Below, piece by piece: positions 13,669 to 27,604 of a stretch of 64,000 bases of DNA. The DNA is from Octopus vulgaris (Eukaryota): NCBI GenBank assembly GCA_951406725.2, contig OX597835.1, positions 4,340,001 to 4,404,000 of the forward strand, in the 5' to 3' direction. A program made the translations under genes and the position numbers. Position 1 is the first letter of the stretch; every line of letters begins with the position of its first letter. The notes beneath the pieces were generated by a model. That model saw only the letters and a program-made list of their open reading frames with translations, made no database searches and had not been told where the DNA came from.

Positions 13669-13769
<101 letters not shown>

Positions 13770-13959
13770 ATGTATGTATGTATGTTTGTCTGTCTGTCAG
13801 TCTAGTAGCATAGATAGACATATGTGTCTGTCTCTCTCTCTTTGTACATATGTATATACGCGCACATATATACACGCATATGTATGTATATATATACATA
13901 TGTATGTGTGTGCGTATATATGTATATGTATATATATATGTATATATATATAAAATCAT

Positions 13960-14150
13960 ATTGAACCGTTATTTCCTACACTTTTTTCTCTCGTTTTTTT
14001 AAATTTTTTTCATTCTTACTTCATATTTTATCCTCTAAACTCTTTCTGCCGAAGAACGTAGGAACGAAACATCAAAGACTTTTAAAACTTGTACACCTGC
14101 TTGCTGTTCCCTCATCCGTCTTCGTCTTTAGTTTTCTGTAAATTCGAACG
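13960..14150 (+). repeat. Family H1, copy 2
   Basis: TCTTT-CTGCCGA-A-GAAC-GTAG-GAAC-GAAAC-ATC-AAAGA at 14041-14078 plus the shared 3' flank. Confidence 0.65.
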
Positions 14151-14218
14151 ATATATATATGTACACACACTCACATATATATATATATATACATATATGT
14201 ATGCGTGTTTATATATGT

Positions 14219-14257
<39 letters not shown>

Positions 14258-14449
14258 CACACTCACACAGACACACGCACACACACATTTACATATATAC
14301 ACATACATATACGCTCACACACGCGCATGAATAGATGATTGAAATTTATGAAAATTCCCAAAAGAAGCTACTAATATAAAACTTAAAACACATTTTTTAC
14401 ATTTTCTAACAAAAAAAAAAAACAAAAAAAGAATTCTCCAAATCCAATA

Positions 14450-14580
14450 GGCGCAGGTGTAGCTGTGTGGAACGAAGCTTGCTACCCAACTACATGGTTG
14501 CAGGTTCAGTTCCACTGCGTGGCAAATTGGGCAAGTTTCTTCTACTACAGCCTCGGGCCTAGCCGCCTTATTGATGCATA
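14450..14580 (+). mobile_element. tRNA-derived SINE family B, 5' part
   Basis: GGCGCAGGTGTAGCTGTGTGG...GGTTCAGTTCCACTGCGTGGC...TTGGGCAAGT (CORE-like). Other partial copies at 35240-35410(-), 43490-43640(+), 53750-54200(-), 61405-61500(-). Confidence 0.75.
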
Positions 14581-14672
14581 CACACACACATATATATATA
14601 GCTTTATGCATATAGATATACACACACATACACATACTCACACATACACACACACAAACATACATATATACG

Positions 14673-15898
14673 CACAGACATGACTGAAGTAAATAGACAT
14701 ACCATAAAACATCGTTTATGTTTATCATAAAAGGGTTTATATTTTCTTATTAATTGACATCTTTGTTTCGGGTTCTATATGTAACTGTTAAATCCTGCCA
14801 CATACAAAAGAAGCTTTGGAACTGTCTGAATTTCAAAGAGGCCATTCTGTGGATGAATCTGAATTGGGACATAGCGAAAAATTGCAGAAAACCTTGAGAT
14901 CTCGCTTTCACAGTGATTGTGAAAGTCAACAAAGAGGAGAAGGAGTCCACATCACCTCACCCAGGTTAACTACGGCTTTCTGACAGGATCCTTCTCTTTG
15001 TTAAGAGAAGTGTGGAAGATAATCCTCGTTGCAAGGCTCCTAACATAGCAGAACAAGTTGGTCTCAGTCCCAGAACACTGTCAGGCATCTCCATAAACTT
15101 GGCTGTTATGGCAGAGCAGCAAGAAGGAAGTCATTTCTTCAAACATCCAATATAAAGCGGGGAACAACTTGGGCCAGTGAGATGATGGAAAGGCCACTAG
15201 CATTTTGGGACACTGTCATAATCTCCAGTAAGTCCAGATTTGTTGCATTTCCTGACAGTGGTCGAGTGTGGATCTGGAGACTCTGTGATCAAGAATTTGA
15301 TGTGAAAAGATTGCAGCCAACAACGAAACACGGCTGCTATTCTGTGATGGTCTGGGGAACAATTTGGAGAAATGATTGGTCAGATCTGGTAGAGTGTGAG
15401 GGAAGCATAAACTCAGATAAATATGTGTCCATATAGCAGAAAGAACTCCTTCCAATATTCTCCAATGGTGAAATGATTAAAGAAGATTATTTATGGAAGA
15501 TGGGGATCTTTGTAACACGGCTAAAATGACCCGAGGTTTGTTAGATGAAAATGGCATTAAAAAGCTTCCATGGCTAAGCCAGTCACCAGATATGAACCTT
15601 ATCCAACACCTCTGGGACATAATTGACAAGACACTTCATAAAAAGAACAAGAAAGCATCTTCAAAGCCAGATCTTTTGAGATTACTGCATGAAACTTGGC
15701 AAGAAATTCCTCAAGAGACTATTCTTCATCTGATCAGTAAAAAAGCCTAATAGGGTCCTTTCATTGAAAAAATGCAGAGGGCATGTCTACTAAATATGAA
15801 ATATTCTTCTAATAATTAATTAGTAATTTGAATGTATAATTTCTGATTTAAATACACTTTGATTGTATGGGTGTCTATTTACTTCTGTCGTGTCTGTG
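14673..15898 (+). mobile_element. Full-length decayed Tc1 (DD34E-type) transposon
   Basis: TIRs CACAGACATGACTGAAGTAAATAGACAT (14673-14700) and GTGTCTATTTACTTCTGTCGTGTCTGTG (15871-15898), 25/28 match; right end followed by TA. Confidence 0.9.
14790..15800 (+). pseudogene. Tc1-like transposase pseudogene
   Basis: Motifs ELSEFQRG, VIISSKSRF, SVMVWG, MEDG and WLSQSPDMNLIQHLW, spread over frameshifts and stops (ORFs 15182..15436, 15493..15750). Confidence 0.9.
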
Positions 15899-16123
15899 TA
15901 TATACATCATATATATGTACATATGTACGTATACGTACATATATACATTAACACGCACACGCATAGACACACGGGTTCTGCAAGAAATTTCCGAGGGTGT
16001 TTTCCATGTTGTCCCCACCCCTTCACATCTTTCTCCCCCCCTCTCTCTTTGTCTATCTTTCACACACGCACAATGTCTGTATGTCACCTGACAACATTAG
16101 CATATCTTTCTCGTACATCGGTG

Positions 16124-16154
<31 letters not shown>

Positions 16155-16520
16155 GTCATGTGGAGGTATACATGTGAGGCTGAAAGCCTATATGTCTACA
16201 TGTGGGTGTGTGTCGGTGTGTCTACATGTCGGTGTGTGTAGTAGTTTACATGTAGAAGCGAAAGAAATCTATGGCCATGTGTGTATGTGTTTGTGTGTGT
16301 ATGCGTTTGTGTGTGTGTCTGTGTGTGTGTGTCAGTGTGTCCGTGTGTCTGTGTGTGTCAGTGTGTGCGTGTGTGTACAATAATTTACGTGTGTGTCAGG
16401 TTGTATGTCTGCATATCTGTAAGTCAGTGTGTGCGCAAATAGGACGGACGGCGTTCTTGGCTACATGTCTATGTACAGTTGTCTACATGCAGACATGATT
16501 GTGTATGTCTATATGTATGT

Positions 16521-16573
<53 letters not shown>

Positions 16574-17857
16574 TGTGTGTGTGGGCATATGTGCATGTAT
16601 ACGTGTTTATGAGTGTGTATGCGTGTATACGCGCGCGTGTGTGTGTGTGTGTATGTGTGTGCGTACCATCGTAATCTACATGGCTTTTGTAACGGGAAGT
16701 ATTCGTTTGATTGATGATGGGTCTCGTCATCAATCATGAATCATCATCATCATCATCACCAACATCAGAACCAACACCAGCAGTACTCGCTCTACCAACT
16801 CCTCCCCCTTTTGAACAGCACCAGCACAATCATCATCATCATCATCATCATCATCCTCATCATCACCATCGTCCTCATCATCATCATCATCATCATCATC
16901 CTCATCCTCATCATCATCATCATCGTCGTCGTTTCCATTAGCGGGTTCTTCATCTTGCCCCCTACTGAAGGACCCATCACCTGTTATTTCACTTAAAGAA
17001 ACACGGAAAGAGTGAGAGTGAGAGAGAGAGAGAGGGGGGAGAGAGCGAAAGAGGGAGAAAGAAAGGGAGAGAGAGTGAAGGAGAAAGAAAGGGCGATGAG
17101 AAAGAGAGGGAGCGATCATGTGTGCGTGTACGTGTGTGTACGTGTGTGTGTGTGTGTGTGTATGAGAGATAGAAAGAGGGTGGAAGTGGGTGATTTATTC
17201 TTCGAGGTCAATAAAGAATGTTTTGGTGAGAAATAACTTATTGAAATCTAAGAACCTTCCAGTTTTGTTGTTGCTGAGGTATGTGTGTGCGTGTTAATAT
17301 GTATGTGTACATGTGTGTATGTGTGTGTGTGTGTGTATGTGTGTGTGTGTGTGTGCGTGTGCGTGTGTGTAGGTAGGTGTTTGTGTGTGGGTATATATAT
17401 TAGTATCTGTAAGGGGTCCTGCTCACATTTCCTTTCGATGAAAAAAAATACGCGTAAATTAAGAAGAAAACATATAAACGGCACCAAAATATATTGGTTG
17501 TCTTCTGGAGAATGTCCCATTTTGTGTAAAATTAATTGAAAATAGAAATATGAAAAAAAAAAAGAGCAAGACTAAAATAAATTAAAATACAAATAAATAT
17601 GAATAAATAAAAAATAAATAAATAAACAGTGTACATAAATACAAAAAACATGTTATAAAGCGTGACGAACAATTTAGCAGACACCTCTGTAAATGATCGT
17701 TCATTTAGGAATATCACTTCTCTATGTTTAGAAACGTCTGTTTCGGAATATTATCATCAGTAACACACATCAAACGGTAACCACGCCGTTGATTATAACA
17801 CACCCAATACCGATTCTTAAATATACACTTACATACTATACATACGGATATGCAGAC

Positions 17858-17929
<72 letters not shown>

Positions 17930-17958
17930 GTGCATATCCGTGTGTGTGTGTGTGTGTG

Positions 17959-18010
<52 letters not shown>

Positions 18011-18049
18011 TATGTATACTGATGTTTATATATGTATGTATATATATAA

Positions 18050-18124
<75 letters not shown>

Positions 18125-18748
18125 TATATATGTATATACATATATAAATGTATATATATACATATTTGTATGTATAAGTATATAAATGTGTACGTGAATA
18201 TATACATGTAAATATGTATGTCTTTGTGTGTGTATGTATGTGTGAATGTCTGTACAGAAGACTCGGTTAGTTGAATATTGTTAACATGATATCAAATAAT
18301 ATCAACAGTTCCAAGATGAAGAATACATGAATTTCTTTTGGTAACAAATTTAAACGAGGGAAGGAGAGAGAGAGAGAGTGAGAGAGAAAAAGAAAGAGAG
18401 AGAGGGAGAGACAGAGACAGAGAGAAAATGGGGGAAAATGAAAGAGAGAAAAGGCCCCCCATCGCTTTTCTGATTGTATAACCATCGTTGTAAGAAGCCG
18501 ATACCTTGGAGAACCCATTCGTGCACAGACACAATTGCCTGTGTGTGTGAGTATGTTTGTGTATAGTTACATATATACATACATACACACACATACACAG
18601 ACACACAAATATACATATATATATATAAATGTACATAATATATACATATAAACATGTATATAATATATAGATATATACATATATATGTATTTATATACAA
18701 TTATGCCTATATATATATATATATATAGATAGATATATAGATAGATAT

Positions 18749-18794
<46 letters not shown>

Positions 18795-18887
18795 TTGTGT
18801 GTGTGTTAGATAGATGGATGGATAGATAGATGGATAGATAGATAGATAGATAGTTAGATAGATAGAAAGATAGATAGATAGATAGAC

Positions 18888-18947
<60 letters not shown>

Positions 18948-19326
18948 TTGTGTGTTTGTCTTATATGCGTTCGTACGTACATAAATATATCGGTACAAGA
19001 CTCGTTTTATAAACAGGCACACACATAAGCCTCCAAACACATACATACCTACATAGACATACATACAGGCAGCAACATTAACTCAGTACAAAATAAAAGA
19101 AAAGAGAAAAAGAACGAAAAGATAAAAAAAAAAAGCTTCTCGTACCAAGTTTCAGAATTTTGACAAGTTATTAAGGTGTGTGTATATGAAGCGTAATGGG
19201 AATGCGTGTTGAATGTAATGTGTGTATATGTAAAGCGAAAGCTATACACCTCCTACATACATATATATATACAAACATACATACATATGTATATATGTGT
19301 TTATATATTTCTCTCTCTCTCTGTCT

Positions 19327-19411
<85 letters not shown>

Positions 19412-20084
19412 GGCAAGTAATATGTATTTTTAAGTGTAATGTATATTAACAGTAATATGCAGATTTCTATATTTAATTAACAGAAATAAGTTTGAATGCT
19501 ATCAGTAAGTAATACATACGTTAGATTACAGTGTATATATATATTAAAATTAATATCTATAAATGCGTCAGCAGCAACATATACACATCTAAGTGTGTGC
19601 GTATGTAAGAATGTATGTACTGGCAGCCATATCTGTATGTGTTAGAAGTAATGTGTGTATGTTAATACTTATATGTCTGTACTTTTAAGTTTAATGTTCG
19701 TCCCTCTAGTGTTTACAGCTCAGTGAATAGGGGTTTGGTTAGAACAGCTTTCAAAATCTGTTTTGATTCCCTGCGGTTTAAGCTCAAATCCCGCCCAGAT
19801 AAACTTTACCACGCATTCTTACGGGCTGGCCGTGTTTCTGTCTGTATGGATGTAATTAACTCACAACACTGGTCCTCATTTAAAAATATCAGCTCGGTTT
19901 CTGTTGTCAAATAATTCTATCCACACACATCTATGCTCACATTCACACATTCAACTTCCAGATTATAAACATAGCTTTGTATTCTTTGCATCACCGAAAG
20001 TTAAATGAGCAGCAACTAATGTCTGATTTTTAGACTGAAACGATCGTGGTTAGACAGATTGTGCAACACAAAACCTGCCTTAGA

Positions 20085-20245
20085 TGCCGGCGTGGCTGTG
20101 TGGTAAGAAGCTCGCTTCTCAACCGCATGGTTCCAGGTTCAGTCCTACTGCGTGACACCTTGGACGAGTGTCTTCTACTATAGCTTCGGGCCACCTAAAG
20201 CCTTGTGAGTGGATTTGGTAGACGGAAACTGAAAGAAGACCGTCG

Positions 20246-20294
<49 letters not shown>

Positions 20295-20307
20295 TATATA
20301 CACATAA

Positions 20308-20392
<85 letters not shown>

Positions 20393-20615
20393 TGTGTTTG
20401 TGTATCTGTGTTTGTGCCCCCAACATCACTTGACAACCGATGCTGGTGTGTTTACGTCCCCGTAACTTAACGGTTCGGCAAAAGAGACCGATAGAATAAG
20501 TACTAGGCTTACAAAGAGTAATTCCTGGGATCGATTTGCTCGACTAAAATCCTTCAAGGCGGTGCTCCAGCAGGGCCGCAGTCAAATGACTGAAACAAGT
20601 AAACGGATTAAAGAA
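20085..20615 (+). mobile_element. SINE family B, full length with internal (TA)/(CA) microsatellite
   Basis: 5' tRNA/CORE-like half 20085-20247, microsatellite 20248-20395, 3' half ending ATGACTGAAACAAGTAAA; same layout at 57248-57890. Confidence 0.85.
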
Positions 20616-20869
20616 TAAATGAAAATGAACAAGAAACAAAACTGGTTTCAATTACTGGTGAAAGTCCAGTATTGGGAGTGGGTTGGTCGATTACATCAAC
20701 CCACGTACACAACTGGTACGTATTTTGAGAAAGGATGGAAAGCGAAGTGGACTTCAGTGAAGTTTGAACTTCGAATCTGATGGCCAGGAAGGAGAGCCGC
20801 AGAGCATTTATGTCCGACGCATAAACGATTCTGCTGGTTTCTCCGGCTTCGAATTAAAACCTGATAATA

Positions 20870-21094
20870 TACGAGGGATGCTGAAAAGTTCCTGGCTTGG
20901 GGTAAAAGAAAATATAGGAGGATCAGTTAATTATGATTTTATTTAACATATTCTCTTCTCAGATTCATAGGCTTATTGCAGCGGCCACTTATTGCAGTTT
21001 TTTTGAGCCCTGTCAAAGAAATTGGAAGGTTGGGCCTCCGACCAGACCTTTCGCGACACCCTTATAGCCAGGAGCTTTTCGGTACTCTCTCCTA
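20870..21094. mobile_element. Mariner-derived MITE, copy 2
   Basis: TIRs TACGAGGGATGCTGAAAAGTTCCTGGCT and AGCCAGGAGCTTTTCGGTACTCTCTCCTA. Confidence 0.8.
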
Positions 21095-21405
21095 CATTCT
21101 TTCGACTTAAACGATATGTACATGTACGTGTACATGTATTAACAGTAATACTTATGTATATTTATGTATATTAACAGTAATATGTATGCATGCATGTGCG
21201 TATGTATTTATATATATGTATATATATATATATTAATGATGCGCATGTTAACAATTATTTTAAATATGTTAATATATATATATATTTTATATGTGTGTGT
21301 GTGAATACCGTTAATTTAAACATGCGTACATACGAGTATATATACATATATATATATATATATACATACGAGTATATACACGCGCACACACACACACACA
21401 CACAT

Positions 21406-21450
<45 letters not shown>

Positions 21451-21660
21451 CGAGTATATACGTATATATATATATATATATATATAAATTCAAGGCTATT
21501 AACACTTCTGTATATGTGAGCATGTGTGCATGTGCTTATGTGTGCGCACGCGTTAACATAAATGTATTTATTAGCAGTAATATGTATGTTAACAATATTG
21601 ATAGCAAAATATGCCTTAGCAGTAAAATGTCTATTAAGATTAATGTGTATACATTGTAAT

Positions 21661-21697
<37 letters not shown>

Positions 21698-22049
21698 CAC
21701 ATACAATGGAGAATAAAACGATATGTTATCCCCCGCCCCCGGCTGCCTCTCTCTCCCCCATCCGTTTCTTCTCCCCTCCATCTTCCCATCTTACTCCCTC
21801 CGCTATCCTGTCCCTGTTAGATGAATTCCTGTTCTTCTACCAGAGAGGTTCCTCCAATTGCGATGAACAGTATCACTGCGTCGCATGTCTTCGAACTGAG
21901 AGCTCTACTTCTTCATAAACAATGTTGTGTTCTTCTTGTTGCTGTGGCTGCTGCTGCTATTGTTGTTGTTGTTGTTGTTGATGTTGCTGCTGTTGTCCGA
22001 TCAGTTAATCACACTGGCCATTATTGCTGATAATAATTAACTCACAGAG

Positions 22050-22460
22050 AAAGGCGGCGAGCTGGCAGAAACGTTAGCACGCCGGACGAAATGCGTAGTC
22101 GTATTTCGTCTGCCGTTACCTTCTGAGTTCAAATTCCACCGAGGTCGACTTTGCCTTTCATCCTTTCGGGGTCGATAAATTAAGTACCAGTTACGTACTG
22201 GGATCGACTTAATCCGTTTGTCTGTCCTTGTTTGTCCTCTCTGTGTTTACCCCTTCTGGGCAATGACGAAATAAGAATCGTTAGCACGCCGGATAAAATG
22301 CTCAGTGGCATTTCGTTTGTCTTAACGTTCTGAGTTCAAATTCCGTCGAGGTCGATTTATCCTTTCGTGGTCGATAAAGTAAGTTGAGAACTGGGATAAA
22401 TGTAATTGACTAGTCCCCACTCCGAAATTGATAAACAAGGGCCACAATTTGAAGCCAGTA
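22050..22460 (+). mobile_element. Two adjacent SINE family A copies
   Basis: Family A sequence twice; the second copy is 5'-clipped and has a different 3' tail. Confidence 0.85.
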
Positions 22461-23002
22461 ATTAATTCGGCTTCTCTCGTTTTTCACCGTTTTTTTTTTC
22501 TGATCTCTACTTCCACATGGAAAGTCATTAATATGTATGTTGTGGCAGATTTGCCTGCTATTTCTAGTAGGTTGACCAATCGTGCGGTAGGGGTAAAATT
22601 GAGGAAAGGGATAAAGACTACGATAAGGTTTACTAACGTCAGTGTTTTTCTTTTATTAAATAGAGAAAAAAAAGAAGAAAACCCACAGCGTGTGCGCGGT
22701 TTGTGATAAAATCAATCAGAAGCATGCTTTGATGTGTTGGCTGTGATGTTGAAATGAACACGTGATACAAATATGAGTGAATCTGTCTTGTCTTTTTTGA
22801 TTTGGCCAAGTATTTTCAGCTTGATGGATTAGCAGCTTTGACACAAACAAATGTTCAGACAACCACCACATACCAAACAAGACGGATGAGGAGGATTTCA
22901 AAAGCACTAGAATTTGTACATTACACCATCGAGTTTCGAATCACAGTTAAGATGTCAATCTGCCTGCCTGACTGTCTGTCTCTCTGAATGTCTGTCTGCC
23001 TG

Positions 23003-23123
<121 letters not shown>

Positions 23124-23176
23124 TTTCTATCTATCTCGCTGTCTGTCGGTCTGTCCATCTGTCTGTCTGTCTTTCT

Positions 23177-23213
<37 letters not shown>

Positions 23214-23520
23214 CTGTCAGTGTGTCTATCTTTCCAATTATTTAATAATCGGAATAATCGGAAAACGAGACAGTGTTGCCTATATGATATCATCACACAC
23301 ACACGCACACATGCACACACACATACGCACGTACACACACGCACACACGTACACACATACTCACGCACGCACACACACGCACAAACACACTCACGCACAC
23401 TCACAAACACTCACACAGATGAATAAACAAATAGAAGTAAATAACTATATACAATTTTTATTATTATTATTACTAGTATTGTTGTTATACATAGATACAT
23501 ACATACAAGCATACGTAATA

Positions 23521-23557
<37 letters not shown>

Positions 23558-23699
23558 GTGGGTGTAAACACATGAACAAAATAAGAATAAACAAAAAGAA
23601 GAAACAAATTACACGAACGTATATAAACAGAAGATAAAAATATTACAGGTATCCCCCCCACACACTAACTAAACATAGACGCACATAGAGATATACGCA

Positions 23700-23943
23700 T
23701 GCGCAAATGAAAACACATACAATAGAAATACAAAATGGCTGACGGTTAGTAAGGAGAGACACACAAATAAGAAAGAAGAAAGCAAAGGACCACTGATGCG
23801 GTCACAGGAGTGTGACGAAAGAACTCTGGCCGAAATAAGATTAAGATTAATATAAAAAATAAATAACACTGAAGCAAAGTAACACCAAATATATAGTGCG
23901 TGTGTTTTTATTGGCTAAACTGGCAAAATGACCATTCCGAAAT

Positions 23944-23952
<9 letters not shown>
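23700..23952 (+). repeat. PLE pLTR-like segment with hammerhead motif
   Basis: CCA-CTGATGC-G-GTCAC-AGGAGT-GTGAC-GAAAG-AA-CTC-TGG at 23790-23829, followed by AATAAA and ending in (TA)n. Confidence 0.5.
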
Positions 23953-23993
<41 letters not shown>

Positions 23994-24884
23994 ATACGAA
24001 TATATTGTGAAAATGAAAGATAGAGACAAAGTGGAAGATGAACAGGCACACGCACACACGTACGTGTGTGTGTGTGTGTGTGTAAACACACCTATCTAAA
24101 AGAAGCATCAGTGTTATTATTCAACAATCTCCACCTTCACACATCCCGTGTTACCGTCATATAAATCTATGATTTATGGCCGACAGTCGACTCAATTCCG
24201 GGCCAATGGCTGACAGGAAACAAGCCTAATCTACACAGGTATTTTACTAGTTATTAGCAACTAATAAAAATATTCTGCTGCGCTTCTCTCGCTCTCTCTT
24301 CCTCTATCTCTCTCTTTCTTTCTCTCTCTCTCTAATAATTCCATCTTCATAGAAATGGCGGCGACCAATATATCGGGTTTCATTGACGTGGAATAATTTC
24401 TACAATGGCAATTATGAAGACATTTGTTCTCTTTCATCGTCTTTATATCGCCACCAACAAAGATACCTCTATACCCCTACCCTGCCAGCAGCAGCAGCAA
24501 CAACAACAACAACAACCTCAACAGCAGCATCACTGCTATTATTACCGTTACCACATCCAATATCAGCGATGTCAGCATCACTACCACTACCACAACGATC
24601 AACACCACCAACATAAGCTCAGTATACTAGTATCATCACCACCAACATAAGCTCAGTATACTAGTATCATCACCAACAACAGCATCACCATCATCATAAA
24701 CATCACCATCACCATCTACAGCCACAAAGCCACCAACATCACACCGGAACCAGCGTCCCTTGCACCACTACTAATGGTATTACCGATCCCACTCGCTGCC
24801 GACACCATCATCATCACCATCACCATCAACTTTACTAACATCATCTCATCAGAGATACCAGGACATCACCACAGACAGTAGGGT

Positions 24885-25160
24885 TATCTTTCCCAGGCAA
24901 GGTTGTTTATGGAAGACCAGCAGTCACCCATGCATACCAGTCTCCCCTCTTCACCACAAATGTTATTCAAGGGAGAGGCAAAAGTTGATACAGCTTGGCA
25001 CTAGTGATGTCGCAACTCATTTCTACAGCTGAGTGAACTGGAGCAACGTGAATTAAAGTGTCTTGCTCAAGAACACAGCACACAGTCCGGTCCGGGAATC
25101 GAACTCACTACATCATGATTGTGAGTCCGACGCTCTAACCACTGAGCCATGCGCCTTCAC
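24885..25160 (-). mobile_element. tRNA-derived CORE-like SINE, family C
   Basis: Reverse complement GTGAAGGCGCATGGCTCAGTGGTTAGAGCG...GAGTTCGATTCCC (A and B boxes), then TTCTTGAGCAAGACACTT. Partial copies at 645-745(-), 7210-7325(+), 8170-8300(+), 63533-63640(+). Confidence 0.85.
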
Positions 25161-25971
25161 TTGTGATCACTACAAAACGTTCATTTCGCAAAGAAGCGAA
25201 AGTAATTTTCGTTTGTCTGATGGCTACGGTTAAAAAGGCGTAACATAAAAATGAACGACATTGACAGAGGCCGACGTGTGTGGGTGAGAGGAGGACATCC
25301 TGAAGATATCCTGAAATCTCTGCTTTAACGTTAGACCAAGATCGATTTTAATTGAATGAATCCTTGATCTAAATCCCTCCACCATTGACGTCTTGTCTCT
25401 ATAACTACATTATCCAATATTTGGTTTTTCAAATAATTTATTTCGACCCTCAAATGGCAAAAAATTGTAATGTTATAAGTTAAGGGAGCGGCAACTTGGT
25501 AGGATCGGATAGAATATTTTATGGTATTTGTTTCGGCTTTCCGAGTTCAATTCGCATCCTGGTTCAATTTATCTTTCATTTCGGAATCGATAAATAAAGT
25601 ACTGATCCATTACGGTGGATAGATGGTGGACAGGGTTCCACGTGGTGTCTGTTTCGGATCTGAAAGTTCCCAGTTTACACCTCATCTCATCTGTCACCGG
25701 TAAAAAAAATAAACGACGGCTCTTCTATGAGGAGGTGATATACCCGGACTGATAGAATCAATCATTCACAAAAAAAAAAAAAAACACTAATGGCAACAGG
25801 ATAATTGGTTCGATCGGAAGTTTGGATGCCACCAAAATCACACAATTTATAGAAAAGCAAAATAATAAATACAACATTTAGGTTCGAGTTTTAGTAACAG
25901 AGCCTTCCTTATCTGAGAAGATGGAGGGCGATTTGCTTGCTATTTCTAATATCAAAAGTGACCATCTAGAG

Positions 25972-26172
25972 CAGTGCTTTTCAAACTTTTTGCTGGAGTG
26001 GAACCCCAAGGAAACATTCCACTGGCTCGAGGAACCCGGAGCAATAATTTAATTGTCTTATGCACACATATCTGCACAGAAGAAATAAAAAATTACTGTC
26101 GATTTTAGCATTTTTGTAACTTCTTGCGGAACCCCTGGACTGTACTGGTGGAACCCTGGTTGAAAACCACTG
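25972..26172. mobile_element. hAT (Charlie-like) MITE
   Basis: TIRs CAGTGCTTTTCAA and TTGAAAACCACTG; exact 8-bp TSD ATCTAGAG at 25964-25971 and 26173-26180; subterminal GGAACCC repeats. Confidence 0.92.
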
Positions 26173-26848
26173 ATCTAGAGACTTCTACGGTTCATTCCTC
26201 TAATGATGTTAATTTTCCGACATAGTATATCTAGGATTACAGTACCTCATGTACGCGTTTCACTTCATGGACGTTGTGTGTAATAAGCAGCGATGTGACT
26301 ATCAGGTCCGACCACAAAAGAGACCCCTTCATCAAATCGTCTTGTTATTATTGTTGCTGTTGTTTCGGCTACCGCTGGGGCTGGCTGCTTCCCCTGTATC
26401 GTTTCGTTATGTTTTGAAATCCAATCCGATATTTAGCCTATTAACTATCAGTAAAAAGCTTTACCGGAAAATTTCAGATTAGGAAATGTAACTGAAACGA
26501 GTTTGTTTGTCGTTGGGTTTGGTTGGGTTTTTTTAAAAAATTGGTTGGATGGGTTTCACGGCCGTAGTTTGATCTCGCGGATATTGAAGAATTATCACGT
26601 TCTTAAGCATCTACGCCACATCTAGCCCCCCGCCCCACACCATCACGTCCCCCAAACCCATAACCATCTTGGGTTACCTCGTTTATCTACACCGTTTATC
26701 TGTAGACACTGAAAGATAAGAAAGGGAATGGGAGTAAACCGATGCTTATGAATGTCTGTGTTTGTATGTGTGTGTATAGGTATGTGATTATGTGAGTGCG
26801 TGCTTGTGTAGTCATGTGTACATACATTTATGCTTTATAAATGGCTGC

Positions 26849-26881
<33 letters not shown>

Positions 26882-26904
26882 AGAACAAAGTGTACGTACG
26901 CCGC

Positions 26905-26936
<32 letters not shown>

Positions 26937-26939
26937 GAA

Positions 26940-27087
26940 TAAAATACAAAATGGGACAAGAACGCAAAACATCCGGACAACTAAGTGATATAAAAGGGAA
27001 CAACAAAACATCCAGAGACGATACAAAAAAAACACGGACCGGTCATTTTATCTTTAGTCAAGAACCGGATCATCCTCGCAATTTCGG

Positions 27088-27090
<3 letters not shown>
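26940..27090 (-). repeat. Dispersed repeat, truncated copy of 61082-61385
   Basis: ATGGGACAAGAACGCAAAACATCC...GATACAAA...GGTCATT...GCAATTTCGGCT shared; both copies abut (TA)n. Confidence 0.75.
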
Positions 27091-27135
<45 letters not shown>

Positions 27136-27517
27136 CATACACATATATATGTGTGTATGTGAGTGTGTGTGTGCGTGTTCAAGTCTTTAGCAAGTCTTCA
27201 TTTTATTCAGTCGGTCATGACGTAAACTCCACATTAAATATTAATTAATTACTAAAGTAAACTTTATATTATAATTATAATTGCATTAACAAAAGTTTGT
27301 CTTTAAAACGGTTTGTCCGCCGCTTGCTAATAATCTAACGCTGTTAATATTGTGTTCCAAGATTTGAAATCAATATTATGGTACTTGACTAAAAAACAGC
27401 TGTGAGGTGAGATGTAGAGGGGATTGGAGTTCTTGTTAGCGAAGTCCGCAAGAATTATCAATAAGATGGCTCGGTTCTCATGGTAACCAACAGTTGTATA
27501 CGCGCAAATATATATGT

Positions 27518-27594
<77 letters not shown>

Positions 27595-27604
27595 TGTGTG
27601 TGAA

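Noticed and set aside
24603-24674. 34-bp direct repeat that could suggest a CRISPR-like array
   Set aside because: Simple adjacent tandem duplication with no spacer, in eukaryotic low-complexity DNA.
25080-25160. tRNA-like sequences with A and B boxes (also at 22050, 20085 and elsewhere)
   Set aside because: SINE heads that continue into SINE bodies; no complete cloverleaf seen.
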